From positions 1 through 38,847 of the forward strand of contig NW_019029079.1 of assembly GCF_002105155.1 (NCBI RefSeq): a stretch of DNA of 38,847 bases. Direction: 5' to 3'. The DNA comes from Lobosporangium transversale. Lineage: Eukaryota. The translations under genes and the position numbers were made by a program. Below are positions 12,201-23,122 of the stretch, piece by piece; the first letter of the stretch is position 1, and every line of letters begins with the position of its first letter. A model generated the notes under the pieces. That model was given only the letters and a program-made list of their open reading frames with translations. It had not been told where the DNA came from and did not search any database.

Positions 12201-14152
12201 ATTGCTGCTTGGAGGATATGAATTGGGTCCTTTGTCGTCGTTCCTTTTAAGACAGAAAAGTTAGGCCCCCGCAAGATGTTATGACGCCGCATCATTTCAC
12301 TAAGTCTATTGGTTAGAACTGTGAACATGATTTTTCTTGCATGTTCTAGAAGCGCAATCGGCCTGACTTCCGCCATGCTTCCTGACCATTCTGCTGCCTT
12401 TGGGATGCAATACAATAGTCCAGTTTTCCAATCCTTTGGTATTGTTTCTTGGACTATTGTGGCACCAACAATCTGGAAAAGAATGTTATGTCCGACTTGG
12501 CCTTGATGTTGAAATAAATCGTTCGTGGTGCCTGATACTCCTGGTGCTTTGTTCTTTGGTGTCTCTTGGATCACTACCATAAATTCCTCCCATGAAGGTG
12601 GGCTCATGAGCCCATCATACCATTCTTCCTTGATCCTTTCGTGTGGTGCGTATTGTCTTTCCCAGCGTGTTCCTTGTTCCAGAGGTTTTGCAGGCCTGGG
12701 ACCGTGCCACTTTTGAAACCATTCTCTGACGTGCCTTTTAATACCTTCTGGCTCAAGAATGTTGAAAGTGTCACCGTCCTCCTGTACTTGAATCATGTCC
12801 AGTATGACTCTTCCATGTCCTCTACCTAACAACTTATCAATCATCCGACCTGTCGCCGTAAGCAGCTGTCCGCATCTCTGTTCAATCCACTCTGTCATCT
12901 TCGATGCTTTTTCTAAACGCCTCTCTGTCTGCATCTCCGATATTGCCTGTACCCATCTTTTCTTGATACCCTTGCTCCATGTCTCCCATTCTTCTTCATC
13001 TGCGTTCCACCCAGGCACCTCGCCTAGATCCTCCATTCCTCTTTCCGTTTCTTCCCTCATCCATTTCGCGTGGTTGTTGAATTTGATCCGCTCCGCCTCT
13101 AGATATTCTCTTGCACTATCCTCTAGATCGGTTCGTCTTCTCCGTCTAATTGCCACCGTTGCTTGCTTGATCTTGCTTAGGTCCCGCACTAAGTGTAAGA
13201 TCGAGAGTTCTGCTTGAGGTTTCACCCCTGATCTACCTACTGTTTTACCTGGTAGGGTCGCTTTTGCACAGCGAAGCACTGTTTTTGAGTACCAGCGCCA
13301 CGCTTGTTCCACCTTTACCTTCTCTAATTCTTCCGGAGTTATTCTGCCTTCATTTTGGTTCTCATATTTGAGTCCAAGATTCCTCATTTTCTCCTGATCG
13401 TCGAGAGCCATGTTTAAGGCATTTTCAAAATCATCCCACTGTGTCTTGTTAATGTCTCGAAATTGAAAGCGGAAGCCTTTGGGTTTCTTGTACTTAAGAG
13501 GATCTGCCTTGTGGATGAGTGCTTGGATTGTGATATTGGCCGTCACCATTTTATGGTCCGACGAGACTCCATCAACCGAACTGTGATCAACATACACAAG
13601 CTTGCCCACCAACAAGCTATCTGTAAAGATCATGTCAATTCGGCTGACACCTTGGCATGTAAAGTCTTGTGTTGTTGGGTGTAACGCCCTGTAGGTGTCG
13701 TAGAATTGCTCTGTTTGTAGCCATTTTAGGATATCGGTTTCTGGATTGGTGCTGGTCCTTGTGCAGTTTTTTCTGTCAATCCTGGGATTGCATACCCCAT
13801 TGAAGCCTCCCATAATAATTACCTCCCTGCGTTCTGCTCTTGCACTAATACATTCTCCTTTGAGCCACTCGCTTAATTCTCTGCGCTGCTTTTCCTTTTC
13901 ACGATTCGTTCTATCTTCACTGGGTACATAACAATTAATCACCCGAAGCTTTAATTGTCCTTTGAAATTAAAATCTCTAGACTGCCCTCTGCTTCCACAT
14001 GAGGATATTCTCCCAGCATGTACCCATAGCCACTTGTGGATAATGAGGCCGACTCCCGTACCTCGCGTTTTCCCTTCCTCACCTGTTAACCACCAAAATT
14101 TATAACTTTCTTGTTTTATATAGTCTGCTGCTATTTTCGCACCATGATTCAT
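9275..14152 (-). pseudogene. LINE ORF2 main segment (endonuclease / reverse transcriptase / RNase H), cut short by the solo-LTR insertion
   Basis: 1625-aa open frame. Its stop codon is supplied by the inserted LTR end. The APE GDFN motif reads GGFN. Confidence 0.9.
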
Positions 14153-14435
14153 ATTTGTCTCTTGTAACGCAATAACATCATACTCTTCTGACTCTCCCCA
14201 TTTTGTGGCCTGACGAGTATACTACTCAGCCATTGGGCGATAACAATTTGTGGTACTTAGCATAAGACTTTTTTTTTTTTTTATAAAAAAAATACTTAAC
14301 ATAAGACATCGTCCACGTGATCGACTACTCATATGTGATTCTCGTTTAGAGTATATATAGGTGATAATCCTAAAGCTGTCATCAACCTCGAGCGAATCGG
14401 GGATCTAGCTGCTTACATGGGTTTAGCACACTATC

Positions 14436-14508
14436 GGGGATCTAGCTCAAATGGTAGAGCGCTCGCTTAGCATGCGAGAGGCACTGGGATCGATGCCCAG
14501 GTTCTCCA
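14436..14508 (+). tRNA. tRNA-Ala (AGC)
   Basis: 73-nt cloverleaf: acceptor GGGGATC/GTTCTCC with G3:U70, D arm GCTC/GAGC, anticodon stem CTCGC/GCGAG with loop TT-AGC-AT, T arm CTGGG/CCCAG. A TTTT run follows shortly after. Confidence 0.96.
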
Positions 14509-15859
14509 ATCTTTTGTCTTTTGCACTCGGAGTTTATCTCACGCATTTTGTCCTTTAACAATGGAAAAAGATATTTTGCACGGGGGTCTTTTTTTTTTTT
14601 TTTTTATTTATTTGTACGGGATCTTTATTTCAGTCTTAAATACCACTACAAAGAAGCCTTCGACGACACAAGTTCAGATCCAGAGCCGATACTCAAGCAT
14701 CAAATACTGGCCAGAATATTTATCTTATCAAGGCCGTACGTAGCTCAGAGTAGATGTTGATACTCTTTTTGCGGCTCTGGGACTAAATAAAGAACTACAA
14801 ATGATTTATCTATAATTGAAATATACTATGCCGCTCTACTTTGCACTTTTGTTGGTCCTGTTGTTATAGATTGTGGATGGTTCCCCGATGCTTTCTTTCA
14901 TTTAGCGCGTGCATACATCTCTAGTATTTCCGTACACTATTAAGCACACAACGATGAGTTCAGTAATTAGGAACCTCTAATGTGTAGTTTGTTTCGGTAG
15001 ATATACAAACAATCATACTACCATAATCATTGCTACAATGCATAGCGTGCCGTGTTACTACTCTCTTTCTTTTCTCTTTCTTATATGTCCTTATCTCTGT
15101 CCTTCTTTATTAAGAGCTCAAGCGCCCTCAGTACTAAATCCTGTTTATCAAATTCACCAAAATACAATGGGTAGACCTCAGTTTATTTTGTGGAATGTCT
15201 ATCCCCTCACCCGTTTGTAACCCGAGAGATTACTTATCTTTTGATAGTTGGTGGCAGTTCGCACTCAAAGTCGATCGTGCCACAATTACCTATACCCTTA
15301 TATCTAAATAGCTAAAATATTTTAATAGCACAACCGTGACTTATAGTGATAGAAAAGAGACATAAATACTCTTTTCTGTTACGTCGATAAAGATCCTTAT
15401 TTTTGTCTCATTACATTCCAAGTTTGTTATCATGTTCAACAGGGTTGATTTTTCACCACTAATAGCCAGAACTTGCCTTAGGTCGTCTTTAGCACGCAAT
15501 GTCGCATACTCAGCAGCACATGTATATGCTCGCTGCGTCTAGGGACTAGCTTCATATTGTACAATCATCTAAAAGAAAGTTTGGTCAAAAAAATAAAATT
15601 TTGAAATGGCTATGAAGAGAAGCACTGTCTTCAATCCTATTTCTTGTCGTTTTCCCTCAGCATGTACTGCCCAAAAACTTCAGTGATTATCTACATTGGT
15701 CTCGTTAATAAAAGCGTAAATTTCCATCTTGGTTGGTGAAGTATTTTTGTATGTCGCAAATGAGCTGTTTGTCAGAGATTCAAAATAAAAAAAAAATAAT
15801 AATAAATAACCCACTTTGACCTGACTTTATTTCGGGTGACTGTAGAGCGGAATAGAGCG

Positions 15860-16139
15860 TGAAAAATATTTTGTAGATAGATAGTAAGCAGTAGAAAAGT
15901 AAGTGAGAATAAGATGTGGGTCCACACACCACACCCATGGGTATTTATTCACTTTCTGATAGAGGGACTTGTACCAGGTAACTACGTATCTATCTATAAG
16001 ATGACATAGGTTCGTTCTAAAAACTTCATATCAAAGATTTATCGCGTTCATGTGTGGCGCGTTATTGCCGCTAATTTCTACTGCTAACCTTTTTAGCGCA
16101 TTGGCCATTATAATTTTGCATACTGTGAAATATGCAACG
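15860..16139 (+). mobile_element. Solo LTR (family A, 280 bp)
   Basis: Starts TGAAAAATAT and ends GAAATATGCAACG (CA mutated to CG). 5-bp TSD GAGCG (15855-15859, 16140-16144). Shares blocks such as AAGTGAGAATAAGATGTGGGTCCACACACCAC with 8951-9277. Confidence 0.85.
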
Positions 16140-17989
16140 GAGCGCGATGAGTATCACAGCTCCCACGGCGCTGCAACTTCTAGCAGTAATAAATCCAGAC
16201 TCTTTCCTACTCTAGACTCATCTCCGCTTATTTCCGTCGAAATAAAAATCTAGAATCATCTAGTCTGTAGGATACATGTTGCCGTTTGTAGATGAAATAA
16301 AGACCCCGTGCAAATAAAAAAAGACCCCTGTGCAAATAAGGTGTGTACAGGGCAGTGCAAATAATTTTTTTTATAAGTGAATATTTATTTGCACGGGGGC
16401 CGTACAAATAACTTCATCCTTAACAATTGTACAGCGGATTTCTGTCCGTCAAAGTTTTTTTTTTGAAAGGATTAATCTATTTAGCAGCCCATTACCAAAT
16501 ATAGTCAACTTTGAAAACTCTATTTGGCAGCTGGGCTGCCAAATAGCATTACCTTCAGAGCCTTCAACACCTTTACATGCACTACATGAGTCCTAGGCTC
16601 GAATCCAGTCAGAGAGGGAAGCTTGCATCTAACATGCGAGCCAAATTTTGTTGCCTTTTATGGGCAACGACATTTTGCTTTCCTCTCCGCTCAATTCAGG
16701 GTCTGGTGGAATGAATATAAACAGTGTATTGTACTGATGTACTAAGCATACCAACATGAGTTTTCTTTTTTTTTTTCTGAAATAGAGAAATGAAAATGTT
16801 GACATGATAGCAAAAAACTATATCAGTCCCATATATATCACTGCAAGGGATATCTTGCCTCAAACGAAGACGCTCACCATACAATGGACCACTTCATCAC
16901 TTGTAAGAGAAAAATACAGCTTTGGTTGTTTCCGTGTTTCACATATTTTATTGTCGTTCACACTTTCTGAACATAGATGTTAAGTAATTTAAGGTTGTTA
17001 TATGGATACTTCACAAACCATAACAGTTGCCATCCCTTCTAATACAACAAGAGTGTTTACATTCCGAACATTTCCTGTTGAACAAGAGGAGACCCAAGTC
17101 AAAAGATTCGTGTTATGGGGATGACAACTTGATGATCTTAGAGCCATAAAGGCCCCCATTTCAAAAACAATCAGCGCCGAGAATCTAGAACTATTGAACT
17201 ATTGAAAAAGAGCATTTGCCAACAATCTTCTATTAAAGAACTGCATGAAGATCGTACCCATTATGGCCAATAAAAGATCTAAAATAATAAATTTTACTTT
17301 TTCTCATGATACCACACTGAGCGGAAAGTCATTTCAGCGGAAGAGGGATTGGTAATGTTGTAACTTCGTCGTAGGCGAAGGTTTGCCTTTCTTGTATGTC
17401 CTCTCATCAAAGACGCCTTTCTTCGGGTATAATAATATTCATCTAAGAGATACCTCGTTCACAAGATAAAAGAAAACAAGAATAAACATCAGGCACCAAA
17501 AGCAAAAGTCTGCAAGAAATGAGGCCTGAATCAAGAATACTTCATTATAGTAGAAACATTAAATCTCTATTTATGATACCATTAATTATACGGTAGCGGC
17601 AGGTCTTGTTTACATTCTCATTGTTATAAAGATAATAGTAGTAAAAGATATGAAAGAATAATTAGTGCAAGTGCTGGATTGCTCCGATGAAGCAACATGT
17701 AAATCAGGTATCAATCAAATAATAATAGCACATTCATAGATATAATTATACTCTTGCCTTTTTTTCACGAGTGTTCGAAAGCGAGGGTGTCCAAATATTC
17801 TGGAGATGTGCCTTTGATATAGGGTCGAACATCTAATGGTGTAATCTTTCTTGCTTCCTTGTCCTGTTCCTCACTTTTATTAACCTTTTCTGCTACTTCT
17901 CTTCTTCGTTAGTACTTTCGTTTACTTTTTTATTTTGCGTTTTGTTGTTTGGTGTTTTCTTTTCTTACTTTTACTTTCATTGACTTCTT

Positions 17990-18640
17990 GGTACTTACCT
18001 TACTTACCTGAGACTGTCCACCCTACCACCCTATACAGTCCCTTACCCTTGAAGAAGAAAAAAATATAAAAAAAAAACTTCTTTCCGGAATTTGCTTTCT
18101 TTCCTGTACTTTCATTTGCTTTCACTTTCTTGCTATGTTTCCGTTTGTTTTTCTTTCTACTTTCTTGTCATGCTTTCGTTGTATTCCTTTAACACTTGTT
18201 ATATTTTTTCACTCATTCTCCTTTACTGGTTCTCTTTCTTGTTATCTTTTGATGGTTTACTTTCTTGCTATCCTTTGATGGTTTACTTTCTTATTATCCT
18301 TTGATGCTTCACTATCTTGTACTTTCATTTACTTCTTGATAGCTACCTTGTTTACTTGAGACTGTCCACCCTACCACCCTATACAGCCCCTTACCCTTGA
18401 AGAAAAAAATATATAAAAAAAACTTCTTCCCGGTATTCGCTTTCTTTTCTGTACTTTCATTTGCTTTCACTTTTTTGCTATGCTTCCGTTTGTTTCGCTT
18501 TCTATTTTCTTGTCATGCTTTCGTTTGTATTTCTTTAACGCTTGTTATCTTTTGACTCATTCTCCTTTGCTGGTTCTCTTTCTTACTATCCTTTACTAGT
18601 TCATTTCCTTGTTATCCTATGATGGTTTACTTTCTTGCTA
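17990..18640 (+). repeat. Direct tandem duplication, period ~348 bp
   Basis: TGAGACTGTCCACCCTACCACCCTATACAG.CCCTTACCCTTGAAGAA occurs at 18009 and 18357, and diverged similarity continues for ~250 bp. Confidence 0.85.
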
Positions 18641-19015
18641 TCCTTTGTTAGTTCATATCCTTGCTACCCTTTGATGGTTCACTTTCTTACTATCCTTTGC
18701 TAGTTCATTTCCTTGCTATTCTTTGCTGGTTCGCTTTCTTGCTATCCTTTGATGGTTCGCTTTCTTGCTATCCTTTGATGGTCTACTTTCTTGCTATCCT
18801 TTGATACTTCCTTTCTTATTATTCTTTGCTGCTTCACTTTCTTGCTGTGCTTTGATGGTTCATTTCCTTGTTATCCTCTGATGATTCATTTCCTTGTTGT
18901 CCTTTGGTGCTTCACTTGTTATTCTTTGCTAGTTCATTTCCTTGTTATCCTTTGATGGTTACTTTTTGTTATCCTTTGGTGCTTCACTTTCTTGTTAGCC
19001 TTTGATGGTTCAATT
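18580..19015 (+). repeat. Degenerate 26-bp minisatellite (consensus ~TTTCTTGCTATCCTTTGATGGTTCAC)
   Basis: About 16 diverged units with period 26 (e.g. GATG at 18751 and 18777). Three more units lie at ~18236-18315. Confidence 0.85.
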
Positions 19016-20308
19016 CCTTATTACGCTTCCATACTTTATCCTTCAATGCCTCACTTGGTTGCTACGCTTCCATTTCTTTCTTCCATGCTTGACTTTCCTG
19101 TTATGCCTTCATCTCTTTTTCGGTACTCCACTTTTGTTATCCTTTTCTATGTTTTCCTGGGCGCATCTCTTCCGTGTTATGTTCTATTACGCTTTCCTTC
19201 ATTGCTTCGCTGTCTTGTTATTTTTTCATTTGCTTTTCTCGACGCTTCACCTTTTTACTATGCTATCCTTTGTTTTCTTCGATGCTTCACTTCCTTGTTA
19301 TGCTTTCTTTCTTGCTGCTTCACTTCCTTGTTATGCTTTCTTTCTTGCTGCTTCACTTCCTCATTTGTTTTCCTTGGCTCTTCACTTTTTAAATATACTT
19401 TCATGTGCTTCTCTTCGACGCTTCACTTTCGAGTTATCCTTTCCTTTGTTTCCCTTCGATGCTTCGCTTTCTTACGTTGTTTTCATTTGTTTTCTCCCTT
19501 TTCTTATTATAGCTTCCTTTTCTTATTATAACCTCCTTTGTTTCTCTTTGTGTGTGCGTGTATGTGTGTGTTTTGTTTTACTTATTATACTTTCGTTTGT
19601 TTCCCTTCTGTGCTTCTCTTTCTTATTATGCTTTCATTGTGTGCTTCCATTTTTTTTTTTTTTTGTTTTCTTTTTTTTTTTCTTTTCTTTTCTTCAGTGC
19701 TTCCTTTCCTTGCCATATCTTACATTTGTTTCCCTTTTGCTTTTCTTTCTTATCATATTTTCATTTATAGGCGCCGGCATTTCTTACATATCTTTTTGTT
19801 TGTTCTTCCCCTCGCTTTACTTCTTTGCTATGCTTCCGTTTGTTCTTTCTCGACTTTCCCTCCTCCTTTCTCTCTCCTCTCTCTCTCTTTTTTTTCTCAC
19901 TTGCTTTCACTTACTCCTCCTATGTGCTTCTCTTCCTTAGTTTATTTTCATTCGCTCTTTCTCAGTGCTCCTTTCTCTTTCTTATTTCTCTTTCTTTTGT
20001 TGGTTACTTGCCGCTTCCCTTCCTTACCTTACTTTCTCTTACATCGTTTCCTCGTTGCTTACCGCTCTTGGGGGCTATTTTGCCTTTGGTATAGTATGGA
20101 GACAAAAAGTATGTAGGTTAGTATAAAGTAGTGACGGCAAGAGAAGGCAACGGTCGTAGTTGAGCGAGAGTTAGGGATGACATAAAGAGTCACAGGGAGA
20201 GACGGAAAAAGTGTGTGCGTGCGTGCTTGTGTGTGAATGTATTTGGCAAAGGACTGCGATCGAGACTTACTTTTCAAGAGGTGGGGAGGTGGAGAGGTGG
20301 AAAGATAA

Positions 20309-20771
20309 AGAGGTGGAGAAGTGAAGAAGCGGAGAGGTGGAGAAGTGAAGAAGCGGAGAGGTGGAGAAGTGAAGAAGCGGAGAGGTGGAGAAGTGAAGAA
20401 GCGGAGAGGTGGAGAAGTGAAGAAGCGGAGAGGTGGAAGAAGTGAAGAAGCGGAGAGGTGGAGAAGTGAAAGAAGCGGAGAGGTGGAGAAGTGAAGAAGC
20501 GGAGAGGTGGAGAAGTGAAGAAGGGAGGGGGGAAGGAAGAGCGGAGAGGTGGAGAAGTGAAGAAGCGGAGAGGTGGAGAAGTGAAGAAGCGGAGAGGTGG
20601 AGAAGTGAAGAAGCGGAGAGGTGGAGGTGAAGAAGCGGAGAGGTGGAGAGTGAAGAGCGGAGAGGTGGAGAAGTGAAGAAGCGGAGAGGTGGAGAAGTGA
20701 AGAAGCGGAGAGGTGGAGAAGTGAAGAAGCGGAGAGGTAAGAAGGTGGAGAAGTGAAGAGGTGGAGAAGTG
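20309..20771 (+). repeat. 24-bp purine-rich tandem repeat (AGAGGTGGAGAAGTGAAGAAGCGG), ~19 units
   Basis: Direct reading of the sequence. Several units are degenerate. Confidence 0.95.
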
Positions 20772-20843
20772 AGGAGAAAGGAAGAGGAAAAAAAAACAAA
20801 AGAAAGAGCGAGCTTAAAAATGAGAGAAAAGCGTCATTCTCCC

Positions 20844-21837
20844 AATCTCACTCGTCGCCACCATTTCTCCTTATCTTTGTTGAAAGCGGACATAATTATC
20901 CGAATATAGGCGAAATGAAAGTGATTGGACGCCATTTTGAAACAGCATGAAATTCAAAGAAAGGGTGGATGGAAAACTGTCGGCTTGGACAGCCCGGAAG
21001 CGATCCCGTTGCCTTTCATTGCGACAATTTTCGCATTTGTTGACGTAATAAGCGAAAGTGATACGACACTGAGAAGAACGAAGCAAAAAGCATCGAAGGT
21101 ATTAAACTTAATGACTATGAGTAGACACTACTCACACCACGACTTTTGACCCCAGACTTACACATTGTATGCTTTTTTTGCGGTCGCATTTTCTTAAGGA
21201 ACAAAAAAAAAATTGATAGAGAAAGATGCATTAATTTTTCATGCATCTTTGGGTGTAGCCACACTTTTCATTACATCTCGCTCTTCTCTCTTTTTTATCG
21301 CTTCTAAAAGTATAATAGACAAGGATCCAGGCTTGTCATAGACTCTAGTGCCTTCTAGTTTCTGATTGAAAGTAATACAGTGTGTTCAGGTCTGCTACAG
21401 TATCTGGTAGATGCTTTTCATGGAGCCCATCACCTTTCTAGCCCATGTCCCAAAGGTAAGCCTGCCTTATTTTTTGTTATGACCATCTTGTTGAGCGAGC
21501 AACAACAAGCAACACGTAAAAAGTATGTAACGTGTGTGTCGAGGAAAATATTATATCCAAGCTCTGCAGGGCCTTCAGGGCCTTCAATACTTTTGATTCA
21601 ACACCTTCATTACTATTGTATTTAATTCTTCGCATTAAATTTATTTATCCCTCTTTCAATGCTTTCCCTACCTTCACGTACATTATTCCTTTTGCTTCAT
21701 GTGACAATGTAATGACATCAACCCTCCCTGTGGAAGGAAGATGCTTTTGCTTTTAAAGCAACCGACTATTGCCATATTCGGATAATTATGTCCGCTTTCA
21801 ACAAAGATAAGGAGAAATGGTGGCGACGAGTGAGATT
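20844..21837. repeat. 994-bp segment bounded by perfect 64-bp inverted repeats (MITE-like)
   Basis: 20844-20907 is the exact reverse complement of 21774-21837. No clear TSD and no transposase. Confidence 0.75.
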
Positions 21838-22792
21838 ACCCAAGAAATCATGCATGGATATTCAGCGAATAAACAAGAATGCAAGAATAGCAAAATGGTG
21901 TCTGTTGGACAATGTAAACACTTTAAGGTTTGGTGGTAAATGAGGTGCAAACATTTTGATGATGACTGACATAAGGATTGGAGCTGTGTGTCACCAAGGA
22001 GTACCCACCATCCCGCCTAGTGCAGGTTGCCGGTTCACACAGCAAGATAGTGCTTACTTTGAGTATTGCTCCATGGGTGCTCCTTATTTATACTTGTGCA
22101 GGAGACAATAGAAGTGCTTCCATGGTGAAGAGTCCAAGGAAGTGCTTCTCAATATATATATATATATTGAAGCCTCTCTTCCAAAGCCAGTTGTTCATAA
22201 CATAACAATAGGCACCAGAACCCCTCATTTTCGGAGCAGTACATTAATAAGTTCACCCTCCTATCATCTAAGCAATGCCGCCTCTACTAAATTTTCAATT
22301 TTCGGAGACTGCATTTTAAAGCTTTTTTTTTTTTTTTTGTGTGAATACTTTTTATTAAGAGATTGCTTGCTATCTAGCTATCTAGCTTACCTGGTTACTA
22401 TCCTAAGCTACAAGAAGCCAGACTCTTAGCCACCTTGGAAAGCGCTTTTCTTTGTCACCATCGAAAAGACTCTCCAAGATGTTGTCCGGAGCACACCACG
22501 TGGAGGTGGTCTGGCATATCGTGCTCCGTTGGTCAGGCCCCATGGCCTTGCAAACGCCCGCACACACACACATTTATTTACCCATTCCCATCCCCATTCC
22601 CTTTCCCATCCCCATTCCATTTCCCTTTCCCTTTCCCATTCTGGACCGAAGGGGCTCCGCCATCGCAAGGCTCGTTAAAGAACCAGCTCAGGCTCATGCC
22701 CGTTCGGACCTACCTTAGATATGCATTGGTTATTGCACCTTGGATGTGCATTGTTGCTATGCTAAAAAGTGCTTTGTGTTGTGTTAGTAAGG

Positions 22793-23122
22793 GTTTTTTT
22801 TTTTTTTTTTTTTTTTTTTTTGGCTTTCTTATGTTTTTAATTGGCTTTTTTTTTTCTTTTTTCTGATATGAGATCTTTTTTTTGCTTCTTTTTTTAGGCT
22901 TTTATTTAGTCTTTTTTTTTTGGTTTTTTTTTTTCTTTGGTTAATTTTTTTTTAATTGTTTTTTTTCTTTGGGTTATTTTTTTTTCTTTGGTTTTTTTTG
23001 GTTTATTTTTTTTTCTTTTTTCTTTTTTCTTTTTTTTCTTTGGTTTATTTTTTTTTCTTTTTTTCTTTGGATTTTTTTTTTTTTTTTTTTTTGGTTTCTT
23101 TTTTTCTTTAGTTTTTTTTTTT
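22793..23122 (+). repeat. T-rich low-complexity tract (mirror A-rich tract at ~34494-34798)
   Basis: Runs of T interrupted by GG or C. Confidence 0.9.

Larger units (their letters stand above)
8136..14210 (-). mobile_element. Non-LTR retrotransposon (LINE), 5'-truncated and inactivated; ORF2 = APE endonuclease - RT - charged linker - RNase H - CCHC
   Basis: APE motifs YDVIALQET (just upstream of the called ATG), GTGVG, NCYVP, SRIDMIF, SDH. RT motifs RPIALL, QDMKRCFDSV, GLDQGG..PLLW, FVDD. RNase H motifs YSDGS, AELVGL, YIDN, WVKGHAGNRGNIRADQAAK. C-terminal CRMC...HLWQC. No ORF1 seen. Both ends are approximate. Confidence 0.93.

Noticed and set aside
15343..15727. Possible decayed spliced gene on the minus strand (MEIYAFINETNVD...)
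   Set aside because: Multiple stops and no recognisable family, so it cannot be supported without a homology search.
16585..16615. B-box-like GGCTCGAATCC suggesting a tRNA or SINE
   Set aside because: No cloverleaf or matching A box could be built.
17002..17310. Coding-like stretch on the plus strand (MDTSQTITVAIP...)
   Set aside because: Internal stops and no recognisable domain.
18092..20116. Long F/L/S/C-rich ORFs (and mirrors at 37687-38838) that look like membrane proteins
   Set aside because: They are a by-product of T/C-rich, A-poor repeats that lack stop codons. Several frames are open at once and the frames are not preserved between arms.
20059..20799. WRSEEAER / KKRRGGEV / PLLHFSTS repeat ORFs (and 36783-37626)
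   Set aside because: Translations of a 24-bp minisatellite that is open in most frames, with no unique coding context.
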